Source: an uncultured Thermoplasmatales archaeon (GTDB lineage Archaea; Thermoplasmatota; E2; DHVEG-1). Taken from it: a stretch of 28,934 bases of DNA. The position numbers and the translations under genes were made by a program. How positions within the stretch are numbered: the stretch's first letter is position 1; the number at the start of each line of letters is the position of its first letter. Below, piece after piece: positions 1 through 9,372 of the stretch. Where the stretch lies: contig CAZLDE010000001.1 in NCBI GenBank assembly GCA_964558215.1, forward strand, positions 1 through 28,934. The letters run 5' to 3'. The notes beneath the pieces are model-generated. The model was not told where the DNA came from. It saw only the letters and a list, made by a program, of their open reading frames with translations, and made no database searches.

Positions 1-318
1 ACCGATATAGAAAATGATAATGTCTATTACTATATTGACTGGGGGGATAACATAACAAGTGGATGGTGTGGTCTTTATGACTCTGGTGAACAAATATCGG
101 CATCTCACAAATGGAGCCAGAATGGAACATTTGTTATAAAAGTTAAAGCTAAAGATGTTTGGGGAGCGGAGAGCGGTTGGGGAAAACTTTCTGTGCAAAT
201 CCCCTATATTTTTAGTGTCTTTGTTGTATCGTTTGTTGAATGGTTGTTGACACACTTTCCCGGTTCCTTTCCAATTCTATGGTTTCTTCTTCATACTGCG
301 GGGAAGGGGCTTGATTGA
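1..318 (+). CDS. 3' end (partial) of a secreted PKD-domain protein with an FPxxFPIL-type C-terminal tail
   Basis: Frame +1 is open from base 1 to TGA at 316-318: TDIENDNVYYYIDWGDNITSGWCGLYDSGEQISASHKWSQNGTFVIKVKAKDVWGAESGWGKLSVQIPY...SFVEWLLTHFPGSFPILWFLLHTAGKGLD*. It matches the last PKD domain and tail of the 2314-4509 protein. Confidence 0.88.
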   Translation, partial: TDIENDNVYYYIDWGDNITSGWCGLYDSGEQISASHKWSQNGTFVIKVKAKDVWGAESGWGKLSVQIPYIFSVFVVSFVEWLLTHFPGSFPILWFLLHTAGKGLD

Positions 319-329
319 GTGTGAGGAAA

Positions 330-2240
330 ATGTCACATGACATCTTTGGAAAGATACTCGCTTGGGGCCTCATCTTCTTGTTCATTGGAACTAGTTTGAT
401 TGCATCGACTGAAACAGTACCACCCGATTTACAAGAATCACAACCAGTTCTAGATAAGAGAGCGTCAGCTACTTGGCAGTCCCTAATAGCTGGAGATACG
501 AAAGTAGCAACACAAAATCAACAACGTGACATCGCTGAATTTTATGGTTGTGCAGTCAGCCCCGAAAATTACTGGTTTTCTTCTCAGGGATATCTCGCAC
601 CATGTATTTTTCCAACGTTTGCTTCTGGCTCTGACATCGATTTGGAAGGGAACTGGTACGCAGTTGATTTTGCTGGCGGAATCTATCAGATTTTTTATGA
701 TGGATATCAAGTGTTCGTTGCGCCAAGTATTGGGTTAAACAGTCTGACTTTTAATCCATGGACAGAGTGTTGGTATGGATGCGATGCAATATACTTGTAT
801 CTTGTAAATGTCACCACAGGTGAAAGCAGCATTATTGGAGCATTAAATGTTCCAAACACTATTATCGGTATTTCCTGTAATCTTTACGGGGGGTTGTATG
901 GATATGACGTGGTCTGGACCGGCTACAGCACGTTGTATTCCATCAACCTAGATACCGGTGCGTGTACAGCAGTGGGGTCTATGGGATATGGCTTCATTTA
1001 TGCACAAGACTGCTGTTTTGATCGAGACGATGATATCCTCTACATCGCTGGGTATTTCAACGACGGGTCACCATCTGCGTTGTTGATTTGTGATGTAGCA
1101 ACGGGTCAATGTACCATCGTTGGTCCTTTTGCCGGTGGAATTGAAGTTGATGCACTCACGTTTCCCTATAACACCTCAAACTGGTCTTTGCACCCACGGG
1201 CGAACTACACTTGGACACCATCAACCCCCCATCCTGGAGAAATAATTTTCTTTAATGCTTCAACAAGTGTCGATGATGATGGATACATAACCCTCTATGA
1301 ATGGGATTGGGACAATGATAGCATCTATGATGAGTCTTCTTTTCTTCCAACCACAACACATCTATGGACTTCACATGGGGAGCACCCCGTCACTCTAAGG
1401 GTCACCGATGACATGGGATTAACTGCAACAAAAATGCATATTATTCTAGTCGTAAGTAACCCACCACCGCCACCAGTAATCCATGGTCCTGACGAGGGAT
1501 TCATTAACATCTCCTATACATTTACCACAGACCCAATCACAGATCCCAACGGAGATTCATTCTACTGTCAATGGGACTGGGGAGACGAAAACATGACTGA
1601 TTGGCTTGGTCCGTACTCCTCAGGTTCGGTTATCTCAGCATCGCATACCTGGAGACGTTGTGGTATCTATGATGTTCGAGCACGAGTACAGGGATCAGGA
1701 GGTGAAAGTGACTGGTCTGAACCACATTCCATCACAATTTTTGAGGATCAACCACCGGAATCACCAATCATCACCGGCCCCACGGTTGGAAGAGTAAAAC
1801 TACTCTATAATTTCACGTTTTCTATTACTGACCCCCAAGCAGATCAGTTCTACTTCATGATTGGTTGGGATGATGGAAACACCTCGGGATGGATCGGTCC
1901 ATATGACTCAGGAGAGTTAGTACAAGTATCTCACGCATGGAATACTGTTGGAACATATCTGATTCAAGTAAAGGCAAAGGACGTATTTGGGCAAGAAAGT
2001 AATACAGCATTGTGGAATATTCAGATCGTTGAACTGAAAAAAACCATTCTTCTTGGAACCTTTAGGAACCAGAGTGAAACTGAAGATCTTAAAATCTTTC
2101 TAACAAATCTCTTACTTTGTGTCCCCGCAGAGACTCTTGTTAATTTTGGAGTACCGGTTGCAATATCCAAAGAGTATCGTTTCGGATTCATCGGTTCATC
2201 GTTTTTTGTAGGGATCTTTGAATCAGCAATTCTAAAATGA
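330..2240 (+). CDS. Secreted protein: signal peptide, putative beta-propeller-like N-terminal domain, 3 PKD domains and a beta-rich C-terminal domain
   Basis: The ATG at 330 is preferred over the track's TTG at 315 because it follows GTGAGG and gives MSHDIFGKILAWGLIFLFIGTSLIAS. PKD motifs: YEWDWDND, WDWGDE..TDWLGPY.SG, IGWDDG..SGWIGPYDSG. Confidence 0.85.
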   Translation: MSHDIFGKILAWGLIFLFIGTSLIASTETVPPDLQESQPVLDKRASATWQSLIAGDTKVATQNQQRDIAEFYGCAVSPENYWFSSQGYLAPCIFPTFASGSDIDLEGNWYAVDFAGGIYQIFYDGYQVFVAPSIGLNSLTFNPWTECWYGCDAIYLYLVNVTTGESSIIGALNVPNTIIGISCNLYGGLYGYDVVWTGYSTLYSINLDTGACTAVGSMGYGFIYAQDCCFDRDDDILYIAGYFNDGSPSALLICDVATGQCTIVGPFAGGIEVDALTFPYNTSNWSLHPRANYTWTPSTPHPGEIIFFNASTSVDDDGYITLYEWDWDNDSIYDESSFLPTTTHLWTSHGEHPVTLRVTDDMGLTATKMHIILVVSNPPPPPVIHGPDEGFINISYTFTTDPITDPNGDSFYCQWDWGDENMTDWLGPYSSGSVISASHTWRRCGIYDVRARVQGSGGESDWSEPHSITIFEDQPPESPIITGPTVGRVKLLYNFTFSITDPQADQFYFMIGWDDGNTSGWIGPYDSGELVQVSHAWNTVGTYLIQVKAKDVFGQESNTALWNIQIVELKKTILLGTFRNQSETEDLKIFLTNLLLCVPAETLVNFGVPVAISKEYRFGFIGSSFFVGIFESAILK

Positions 2241-2283
2241 ATGGCTACAAAATACCTCTGTAATACAGGAGTAGTAGATAACA

Positions 2284-2291
2284 TTTAAATA
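2284..2291 (+). promoter_or_regulatory. Putative archaeal TATA box (TTTAAATA)
   Basis: Consensus-like box about 22 nt upstream of the ATG at 2314, compatible with a leaderless or short-leader transcript. Confidence 0.45.
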
Positions 2292-2313
2292 CGTTTTAGA
2301 CTTTATTTTAGGA

Positions 2314-4509
2314 ATGGGGATACAAAGAATGAAAAATAAAAAAAATAAAATTACTTTGATTTTTCTTCTGATTGTTGTATTAATCTTTTCATCAATGCCT
2401 TCGTTTTCTGAGAACAATATCACCAAAGGAAACGAAACAACGCTGCATTCACGAACCATTTCCTTTGTTGAGAAATCTACTGGTCTGATTCCTCCGACAA
2501 TGGAAGGAGGGAACACTGAGCTGGAATTGGCAGATATGAACAATGATGGGAATCCAGATTTTATCAGTGTCGGCGATCACGGAAATCCGTATATTAATAC
2601 CGATCAACATGGAATCATGGTGTGGTTCAATAATGGTGAAGGGGGTTGGTCAGTGTACCAAGTCGGGGATTTTGGATATGGCGGGATTGAAGCAGGTGAC
2701 CTGGACTTGGATGGGAATCTTGATGTTGTCTGGGGCATTCATCATGATTACAGTGATATACCTGGATTTGGGGATACGTTAATTGGGGCTGCTCTTGGAG
2801 ATGGAACCGGTACGAATTGGATTCCTTGGGCGACGGGACTTGGAACGGGTGGAGAAACCTGGGGAATGTTTGAAACTGCTCTTGCTGATTTTGATTGTAA
2901 TGGACGTCTTGATCTTGTATCTCAATCCTTTGGATATGGCAACGGATATCATGTGTATGAAAATCATGGTAATGGAACCTGGATACAGCGATGGTGTATC
3001 ACCGATGGAAATAATAACAACGACTTAGAAATCGGTGATTTTAACGCGGATGGAATCCCTGATTTTGCAGGCAATCGTGAGGGTACCCATGTCTACTTTG
3101 GGGATGGTACTTTTAATTTTACCTTAACGCAAAATGGATTGCCGGGGGGACTCTGGAACGGTCTTGATTGTCGAGATATGAACAAAGACGGATGGGATGA
3201 TCTTGTACTAGGCACTGGCTCCACCGGGATTCAATGCTTCATATACAACACAGAGAACAATAACTGGGAATCCGCATCCAATGGTCTGCCCACAACTGGT
3301 GCGTATTCTCCGCAATTCGGTGATGTTGACGGTGATGGAAATCTTGATATCGTCGGTTACATCGGCCCATCAGGGTATGCGTATCTTGGTGATGGAACAG
3401 GAAATTGGATCCTTGATGGTACATTTTCCATGTCCTCCCCCGGTGATATCTCCGAATTTCTCGTGGATGGTGATTTTGACCATGATGGTCGTGAGGATGT
3501 CGCAGTGATAGCTGATTCAGGGAGTTGGCCGAATGACCATAATGTCTTTAAAGCATTTTCACCCTGGGTTGCCCCAAGTGCCCTTACTGTGTTGGTGCAA
3601 TCACCGAATGGTGGGGAGGTATTCAGAAGTGGAACCATTCGTACTATCCGCTGGCTTTCTGCCGTCCCTGCCGCTCAAGGTGAGTCGACGGTCGATATTC
3701 TTCTCTCCCGCAACGGTATATCAGGTCCCTGGGAATCAATAACCACTGATGTTCCGAATAATGGACGGTATCAATGGTTAATTGGTTCTGGTGGTTCTGA
3801 GCATTGCCGGATTAAGGTTGTGGTGACGACGTCCCAGGATTCTGTGTCTGCGATTTCGGAAGCTGATTTTACTATTCTTGGATTTAATGTTGATGCGCAT
3901 GGCCCGTATTTTGGTGCACCTGGAGAGGTTATTCAATTTACCGGATCTGCGGATAACGGGAACCCACCGTATGAATATCACTGGGCATTTGGTGATGGGA
4001 ACACCGCTGATGAACAGAACCCGACCCATTGTTATTCAAACGAAGGGAATTACACAGTGGTCTTATCGGTCACCGATGCAGAGCAGATGACCGTAAGAGA
4101 TACGACATGGGCGTTGATTGGCGGATCGAATGTTCCTCCAGACATACCAGATGTCCAGGGACCTGCAAAGGGAAAACCCCTCTCGATATACAAGTATACG
4201 TTTATGGCAACAGACCCTAATCTCGATGCGCTGTTCTATTTTGTTGATTGGGGAGATAACACCTCAAGCGGATGGCTTGGTCCGTACAGTTCTGGGTTAC
4301 AAGGATCAGCGGTGCATAATTGGACTGAGAAAGGGACATATACGGTGAGAGTAAAAGCAAAGGATATCCATGATGCGGAGAGCGACTGGGGCATACTTTC
4401 AGTGAAGATCCCGTTCTCCTATAACTCGCCAGTTCTTTCTTTGCTTGAGCGATTCTTCCAGCGATTTCCTTATGCGTTCCCAATCCTAAGACTTCTCCTG
4501 GGTTGGTAA
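2314..4509 (+). CDS. Secreted FG-GAP/VCBS-repeat (7-blade, Ca-binding) protein with an Ig-like domain, 2 PKD domains and an FPxxFPIL tail
   Basis: Signal peptide, then seven DxxxDG-type repeats (ADMNNDG, GDLDLDG, ADFDCNG, GDFNADG, RDMNKDG, GDVDGDG, GDFDHDG), an SPNGGE Ig-like module and PKD motifs (YHWAFGDG; FVDWGDNTSSGWLGPY). An alternative ATG lies at 2329. Confidence 0.88.
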   Translation: MGIQRMKNKKNKITLIFLLIVVLIFSSMPSFSENNITKGNETTLHSRTISFVEKSTGLIPPTMEGGNTELELADMNNDGNPDFISVGDHGNPYINTDQHGIMVWFNNGEGGWSVYQVGDFGYGGIEAGDLDLDGNLDVVWGIHHDYSDIPGFGDTLIGAALGDGTGTNWIPWATGLGTGGETWGMFETALADFDCNGRLDLVSQSFGYGNGYHVYENHGNGTWIQRWCITDGNNNNDLEIGDFNADGIPDFAGNREGTHVYFGDGTFNFTLTQNGLPGGLWNGLDCRDMNKDGWDDLVLGTGSTGIQCFIYNTENNNWESASNGLPTTGAYSPQFGDVDGDGNLDIVGYIGPSGYAYLGDGTGNWILDGTFSMSSPGDISEFLVDGDFDHDGREDVAVIADSGSWPNDHNVFKAFSPWVAPSALTVLVQSPNGGEVFRSGTIRTIRWLSAVPAAQGESTVDILLSRNGISGPWESITTDVPNNGRYQWLIGSGGSEHCRIKVVVTTSQDSVSAISEADFTILGFNVDAHGPYFGAPGEVIQFTGSADNGNPPYEYHWAFGDGNTADEQNPTHCYSNEGNYTVVLSVTDAEQMTVRDTTWALIGGSNVPPDIPDVQGPAKGKPLSIYKYTFMATDPNLDALFYFVDWGDNTSSGWLGPYSSGLQGSAVHNWTEKGTYTVRVKAKDIHDAESDWGILSVKIPFSYNSPVLSLLERFFQRFPYAFPILRLLLGW

Positions 4510-4599
4510 GAAACCGTTATTTTTTCTTCTTTTTAGAAATTTGATAATCTAAACTAGTAATAAAATATATACATATATATATCTTTAAATTAGGAGAAA

Positions 4600-5079
4600 T
4601 CACCGCTGTAACGTCACACCACGCTGATTCTGATACGTCCCAGACCGTTCATGATACAACGCCTTTGGAACACATGAAAGGTTCTCAAACACAATCTGGC
4701 AAAACCGATCACCAATCGGAATCTCCACATCCTTATCACTTGCATTAAAACAACCAAAGGTCAATGTTCCATGAAAACCGGCATCGACCTTCCCGAAACT
4801 CGCCAGGATTCCTTTCCGAGCATAACTCGACCGGATCCACAATTGAGAGGTTATCTGCGGGCCCATCTTGACAAACTCCTTTGTACTGATCGCAAACCAC
4901 GTCAAGGGTGGAATCACCGCGACACCTTCCGTGACATGCTGATTGATCTTCCGGATGAAGACTTCTTCGATAGAAAGATCATACCCATTCGGAGTCAAAT
5001 TTTTCGACACGAAAGGCTCGATTCCAAGAATCCCTTGCTCCAGAGCCTGCTGGATGTCTGAATCAGAAAGAACCGGCAT
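4600..5079 (-). CDS. dcd: dCTP deaminase/dUTPase family protein (would be annotated dcd; probably a dUTPase)
   Basis: Motifs PNGYDL, IRSSYARKG, VDAGFHGTL and GDRFCQIVF. The ATG at 5079 is preferred over GTG at 5088 because GGGTGG lies upstream as an SD-like sequence. The deaminase Glu position is Gly (see findings). Confidence 0.85.
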   Translation of the reverse strand: MPVLSDSDIQQALEQGILGIEPFVSKNLTPNGYDLSIEEVFIRKINQHVTEGVAVIPPLTWFAISTKEFVKMGPQITSQLWIRSSYARKGILASFGKVDAGFHGTLTFGCFNASDKDVEIPIGDRFCQIVFENLSCVPKALYHERSGTYQNQRGVTLQR

Positions 5080-5093
5080 ACGAACCACCCATC

Positions 5094-5579
5094 TTACCCT
5101 GAGATCGTAACCTTATTAATCCGGACATCCTGAACCGGTTTATCGTTCGCGTCAGTCTTAGCATTGGAAATCAGGTCAACGACATCCATCCCCTCGATGA
5201 CCTTTCCGAATACGGGATGTGCACTGGAATACGGTTTCTTATCGAAATCAAGGTAACAATTATCGATCACATTAATGAACCATTGACTCCCACCGGTGTC
5301 GGGACCTCGGTTCGCCATCGCAATGGTACCCCGAACGTTACTGAGGTCCTTATGAAACTCATCTTTAATCGTATACCCAGGGCCACTGGTGCCGTTTCCC
5401 TTCGGACATCCTCCTTGGATCATGAACTGCGGGATGACCCGATGGAAAATCAACCCATTGTAGAACCCTTGGTTCACCAGTTTAATGAAATTCGCTGTGG
5501 TAAGTGGTACTTTATCTTCGAAGAGTTCTAGTGTAAATTTGCCTTTGTTTGTCTCAAAAATCGCTTTTCTGTTCCCCAT
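5094..5579 (-). CDS. ppiA: Cytoplasmic cyclophilin-type peptidyl-prolyl cis-trans isomerase
   Basis: [30 protein letters not shown] and HPVFGKV motifs; SD-like GAGGAGTGA upstream. Confidence 0.93.
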   Translation of the reverse strand: MGNRKAIFETNKGKFTLELFEDKVPLTTANFIKLVNQGFYNGLIFHRVIPQFMIQGGCPKGNGTSGPGYTIKDEFHKDLSNVRGTIAMANRGPDTGGSQWFINVIDNCYLDFDKKPYSSAHPVFGKVIEGMDVVDLISNAKTDANDKPVQDVRINKVTISG

Positions 5580-5596
5580 TTCGTTTTCACTCCTCT

Positions 5597-6262
5597 TTAT
5601 GAGTTTATGATGATGATGTTATTAATGACAATATCAGTAAGTGGTTTACCTCCACCAGGATTTGGTTCTAAACTACCATCATTTGGAGAGGCAGCGATTG
5701 TTCGTACAACATCCATTCCTTCGATAACTACTCCAAAAGCTGCATAGTTCCCATCAAGAAACGTCTGAGCTCCATCGCAAATGAAAAACTCGGCGGATCC
5801 TCCGACTTGTGCTGCGGTGCTTGCCATAGAAATCGCTCCATCCACATGCGATACATCACTTGTTTCAAATTGAATATTTCCATAGGGGCTCGTTTTTACA
5901 GTTCCATCTGGTGTTTCTCGACCAGCTTGAATCATAAAGTCATCTTTAATTCTATGAAAGATCACTCCATTGTAAAACCCATCATTTACCAGTTTTACAA
6001 AATTATCGACGGTCTGCGGCATTTTATCCTGGAACAATTCTACCTTAAATGTTCCATAGTCTGTATCAAAGAGTACGACGGGATTTCCTTCAGGTTCATT
6101 ATTATTTGGTTTTGACAAAAGATTCTGAGATACTACGACTGCGACAACAGCGATCACAATAACGATGAATATCAATGCAAGGTACACCCATTTCCGTGAT
6201 GATTTTTTTAGATTTTGCGGTGGATTATCCACCCGCTTCCGAGGTTTATCGATTGGACTCAT
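5597..6262 (-). CDS. Membrane-anchored cyclophilin-type PPIase
   Basis: Basic N-terminus, then one hydrophobic helix ([20 protein letters not shown]), then a cyclophilin domain ([28 protein letters not shown]). Confidence 0.88.
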   Translation of the reverse strand: MSPIDKPRKRVDNPPQNLKKSSRKWVYLALIFIVIVIAVVAVVVSQNLLSKPNNNEPEGNPVVLFDTDYGTFKVELFQDKMPQTVDNFVKLVNDGFYNGVIFHRIKDDFMIQAGRETPDGTVKTSPYGNIQFETSDVSHVDGAISMASTAAQVGGSAEFFICDGAQTFLDGNYAAFGVVIEGMDVVRTIAASPNDGSLEPNPGGGKPLTDIVINNIIIINS

Positions 6263-6345
6263 GATTCATTCCCCACAATAACTAATCAGTAACAGGGATG
6301 CTGCATCCTCTTTTAAAAGTTATCAAAAATCTGAAAAAAGGTTTT

Positions 6346-9213
6346 TTAGGAGATGGTGAACGAATCACCCTCGGATTGTATGCTGTTACCAGCGGTGTCA
6401 GTTGCGACAATCCAGAACCCGATGGTCTGACCGGAGGGAAATTGACCAAGTTCAACACCATAGACAGGGGCGTTGGACTCATTGAACAAGGGATCTTCCT
6501 CATGGCGGGATTGTACTGGGAAATCCCCATAACAATACATCTCATAGGCGACCGTATCGGTCCCATCATCACAGTACAGCGTGATGCCTCTGATGGCAAA
6601 GGGACCTGTTGACGTCACGTTTGCATAGATAATTATATTACTTGTATTGGTAGGATTTGCTGGGGTGTATGACATGGAGTTGATTTGAGGCCCCCAGCTC
6701 TGTCCACTTTCATTAAGAACAAACGATCGTGTTTGAAGACAAACCAGACCCTGAGTATCAACTGCTTTTACAAAGAGAACATAATCACCAAGCGGATACT
6801 GGCTCAGATCCCAAGAGAGATTCCACATAGTCGTCCCAACAGCTGTTTTCGTGATGTTGTTCAGGGAAACCTCGACATATGCCATGCCAAGATTATCTGA
6901 GCTAGACCCCAAAATCGAGAAGATACCTCGCTCAAGAACAGCATCCTCAACGGGATTCTCAACAGAAAGCATTGGTGGGAGTGCATCAATCAAAAGAATC
7001 GATCGTTCATCGGTGATGTTCCCCGGTGTCAGAGCCGTAATCAAATGACTGCCTAGGGTTTCTCCAGAAGTGTCCCATGCGTATCCCCATTCCCCGTCAA
7101 CCACAGGGCATTCGATCACCGTAGGGTTCTCATCAAAGCAGAGAAACACCAGGTCTGTTGAGGCAACGCCAGACAGCAACACCATATCACCAACATTCAC
7201 AACAGGGGTCTCGAAAAGAACAGTATCCGGGGTGACGATCTGCACATGTTCTGTGGTGGTCTGAACAGAAACCTCAAGAGTAACATCAAGAATGACATGG
7301 GTTTGACGATTCGTATTCCGGAAGACCACATACCAGTCTTGAGGAACGGTCCACCCAGTGAACGTCGCACCCGGATTATCTATATAATTATAACAGACAA
7401 ATGATTCTCCTTGTTTGTAGCGTTCGAAGTTCTCCGGGTCAACAAAAAAGCATTCTAAATCCACTCTAGACTCATGTCTGCCGATCCCGTCGTTAAAAAA
7501 ATGTTTCTGCAGTTGATATCCTTTACAGGACATATGAAGATAAAATTGACAATCACCTGAAGGTAACGTCTCCTTGGTGATTTGTTGAGGCTTATGGGAG
7601 ACATCACATAAGGTGATGATGAATTGTTTATCGACCCCGGTCTTCAGACTCCGCAGGATGTTATGTCGTGCGAGCTGCCAGGGGTTTTTCAGGTTACCCT
7701 CCTGGATTAAAAAAATATAATCAAGGTTTTTCCCCAGCTCAAAACTACACCATCCATCCGAATCGGTATAATTCCAAGTAGTAATCGTGACCCCATCGAT
7801 GACATCGGGGATCTGATGCAGTCGCTCCTGGACCCTGCTAAACAGAGCGGTGAGGAGTCTTCCTTTGAGGATTTCAGGGAGTTTATCCCAGATGCTTTGA
7901 ATCCGCTCCCAGACAAGGTTCTTATAATACGTGATATCCTTCAATCCTTTCACCAGGACAATGACTCGTGCACCGTCAACAGGTTGTTTGAACAGGTCGG
8001 TGACCTGGAAATCAACGGTGATACGGTCTTCCTCATGGATATAGCGTGCGGTGTCATGAAGAATGGTGCCATCACCACGCCATTGATAGATCGCTGACAT
8101 GTTCTTTCCCCACCCGTAGGCATACACATCAGGTTGGTCCACCGCTCCACCTGTATCACTCCACCAGTTGTCGTTCTCATGCCAGCCTTGTTCATAGAAC
8201 TCCCGCCAGACATGATCTTCCCCAACGTTGCTTGTAGCAATGGAGGGAACAAGGGCTGTGCGTAGCGCAGCGATTGCTATCTTCTGTAGCTCCCCGCACC
8301 AGCCGTTATGCTCATGGGCAATCACACTAGCCTGCACAGGTCTATCGCCAAACGCAGGGTAGGGGACTGTTTTACCGATCCAATAGCTCACCGCTTCAAT
8401 TGCTGTCGGATGCTCTTCGATACACCTGCTCCATAAACGAGATCCTGGTTGATAATACGATTCACAGTCCCAGAGGTACTGGATAGTAGAGAGTTTCTCT
8501 TTAAGTAAGGGATATCCCAGGTCATTATGGTCAAAAAGATAGTTGCGCCATAACGGTCCGTAGACTGCATCGATGTCTTCGTTGGTGATCTTGGGATGCA
8601 CCACGTACCAGTAATAGATCTCAGAGGGAAGTTCATACTGCTGCTCCACACCATCCTCTAGGACTCGGTATTGTATCGTTGAGAAATACTCATCGGTTCC
8701 CTCGTCATAGTCGATGATGTCAGCATACGCTATCCATTGATCATGGTCATACAACGCTTTAGCGTTTTCTTTCAAAAGAGCAGCGGAAGGAACCCTGCCA
8801 ACTGGGCAGCATGCGATGGAAAACGCTATCTCATCCGCATAGGTTTTACTTACATTTCGTAAGACATCTGCATAACTCTCCGGGTCGTCAAGGCTATGGA
8901 ACTGACTGGTGAGTCTTGACTGGATCCAGCGTGGTGATTTCACAATCGCTGCGATAACGTTCTCAGAAAGCCCACTTGTTGTTGGTTCAATGATTTTTGA
9001 TTGCAATGTATTGTTCTGCGCATGAAACTGGAGATAGTAATCAGAACCAGGTGGTATTTCGATTTCCTTTGATATCTTTGAGACAAAGGGAAGTGCTGAG
9101 GATGACATCGCGGGTGATAAACGTACCGTACCAAACAACCCTTGGAAAACAAGACAAAACGTTAGACCCGCGATACACAGGATTTTAACAGTAGAAACAA
9201 TTTTCGATGAAAT
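6346..9213 (-). CDS. Large secreted transglutaminase-like (Cys-His-Asp) enzyme with C-terminal Ig-like domains
   Basis: Core motifs GWCGE, GEDHVWREFY and GWHENDNWW give an intact C/H/D triad. The track start is TTG at 9138, but the frame stays open upstream to TAA at 9226-9228 and adds a signal peptide. The 9213 (ATT) start is inferred from SD and TATA spacing. Confidence 0.8.
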   Translation of the reverse strand: MSSKIVSTVKILCIAGLTFCLVFQGLFGTVRLSPAMSSSALPFVSKISKEIEIPPGSDYYLQFHAQNNTLQSKIIEPTTSGLSENVIAAIVKSPRWIQSRLTSQFHSLDDPESYADVLRNVSKTYADEIAFSIACCPVGRVPSAALLKENAKALYDHDQWIAYADIIDYDEGTDEYFSTIQYRVLEDGVEQQYELPSEIYYWYVVHPKITNEDIDAVYGPLWRNYLFDHNDLGYPLLKEKLSTIQYLWDCESYYQPGSRLWSRCIEEHPTAIEAVSYWIGKTVPYPAFGDRPVQASVIAHEHNGWCGELQKIAIAALRTALVPSIATSNVGEDHVWREFYEQGWHENDNWWSDTGGAVDQPDVYAYGWGKNMSAIYQWRGDGTILHDTARYIHEEDRITVDFQVTDLFKQPVDGARVIVLVKGLKDITYYKNLVWERIQSIWDKLPEILKGRLLTALFSRVQERLHQIPDVIDGVTITTWNYTDSDGWCSFELGKNLDYIFLIQEGNLKNPWQLARHNILRSLKTGVDKQFIITLCDVSHKPQQITKETLPSGDCQFYLHMSCKGYQLQKHFFNDGIGRHESRVDLECFFVDPENFERYKQGESFVCYNYIDNPGATFTGWTVPQDWYVVFRNTNRQTHVILDVTLEVSVQTTTEHVQIVTPDTVLFETPVVNVGDMVLLSGVASTDLVFLCFDENPTVIECPVVDGEWGYAWDTSGETLGSHLITALTPGNITDERSILLIDALPPMLSVENPVEDAVLERGIFSILGSSSDNLGMAYVEVSLNNITKTAVGTTMWNLSWDLSQYPLGDYVLFVKAVDTQGLVCLQTRSFVLNESGQSWGPQINSMSYTPANPTNTSNIIIYANVTSTGPFAIRGITLYCDDGTDTVAYEMYCYGDFPVQSRHEEDPLFNESNAPVYGVELGQFPSGQTIGFWIVATDTAGNSIQSEGDSFTIS

Positions 9214-9220
9214 ACGTAAG

Positions 9221-9257
9221 CCTCCTTAGATAAAATAATACGATTCCCATATATAAA
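9221..9257 (-). promoter_or_regulatory. TATA box (TTTATATA, 9257-9250) and SD (AGGAGG, 9226-9221) of the transglutaminase-like gene
   Basis: Both elements match archaeal consensus, and their spacing resembles the TATA/SD pair upstream of 23047. Confidence 0.6.
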
Positions 9258-9275
9258 TACACTTCGTCCTCCTAT

Positions 9276-9308
9276 AAAAAAAGAAAGTGGATGTATCTAT
9301 CAACATCC
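9276..9308 (-). terminator. Hairpin plus T-tract downstream of the M14 carboxypeptidase gene
   Basis: GGATGT(9289-9294)/ACATCC(9303-9308) stem, followed on the minus strand by ACTTTCTTTTTTT. Confidence 0.45.
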
Positions 9309-9372
9309 GACCGTTTGAAGTGCTAGCGTCTGTTTCCTTCCAAGACGGTCAAGTGTTGATATCTCTTTGGCC

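Noticed and set aside
2500-3520. Repeated GAT-rich units as a possible CRISPR or tandem DNA repeat
   Set aside because: They are degenerate codon-level echoes of FG-GAP protein repeats, with no fixed repeat-spacer periodicity.
4510-5061. AT-alternating tract, TTTAAAT/TAGGAG and the 96-aa plus-strand ORF at 4771-5061 as a possible antisense gene
   Set aside because: The ORF lies wholly antisense to the conserved dcd-family gene and far from the SD-like sequence. The AT tract is more simply a convergent terminator region.
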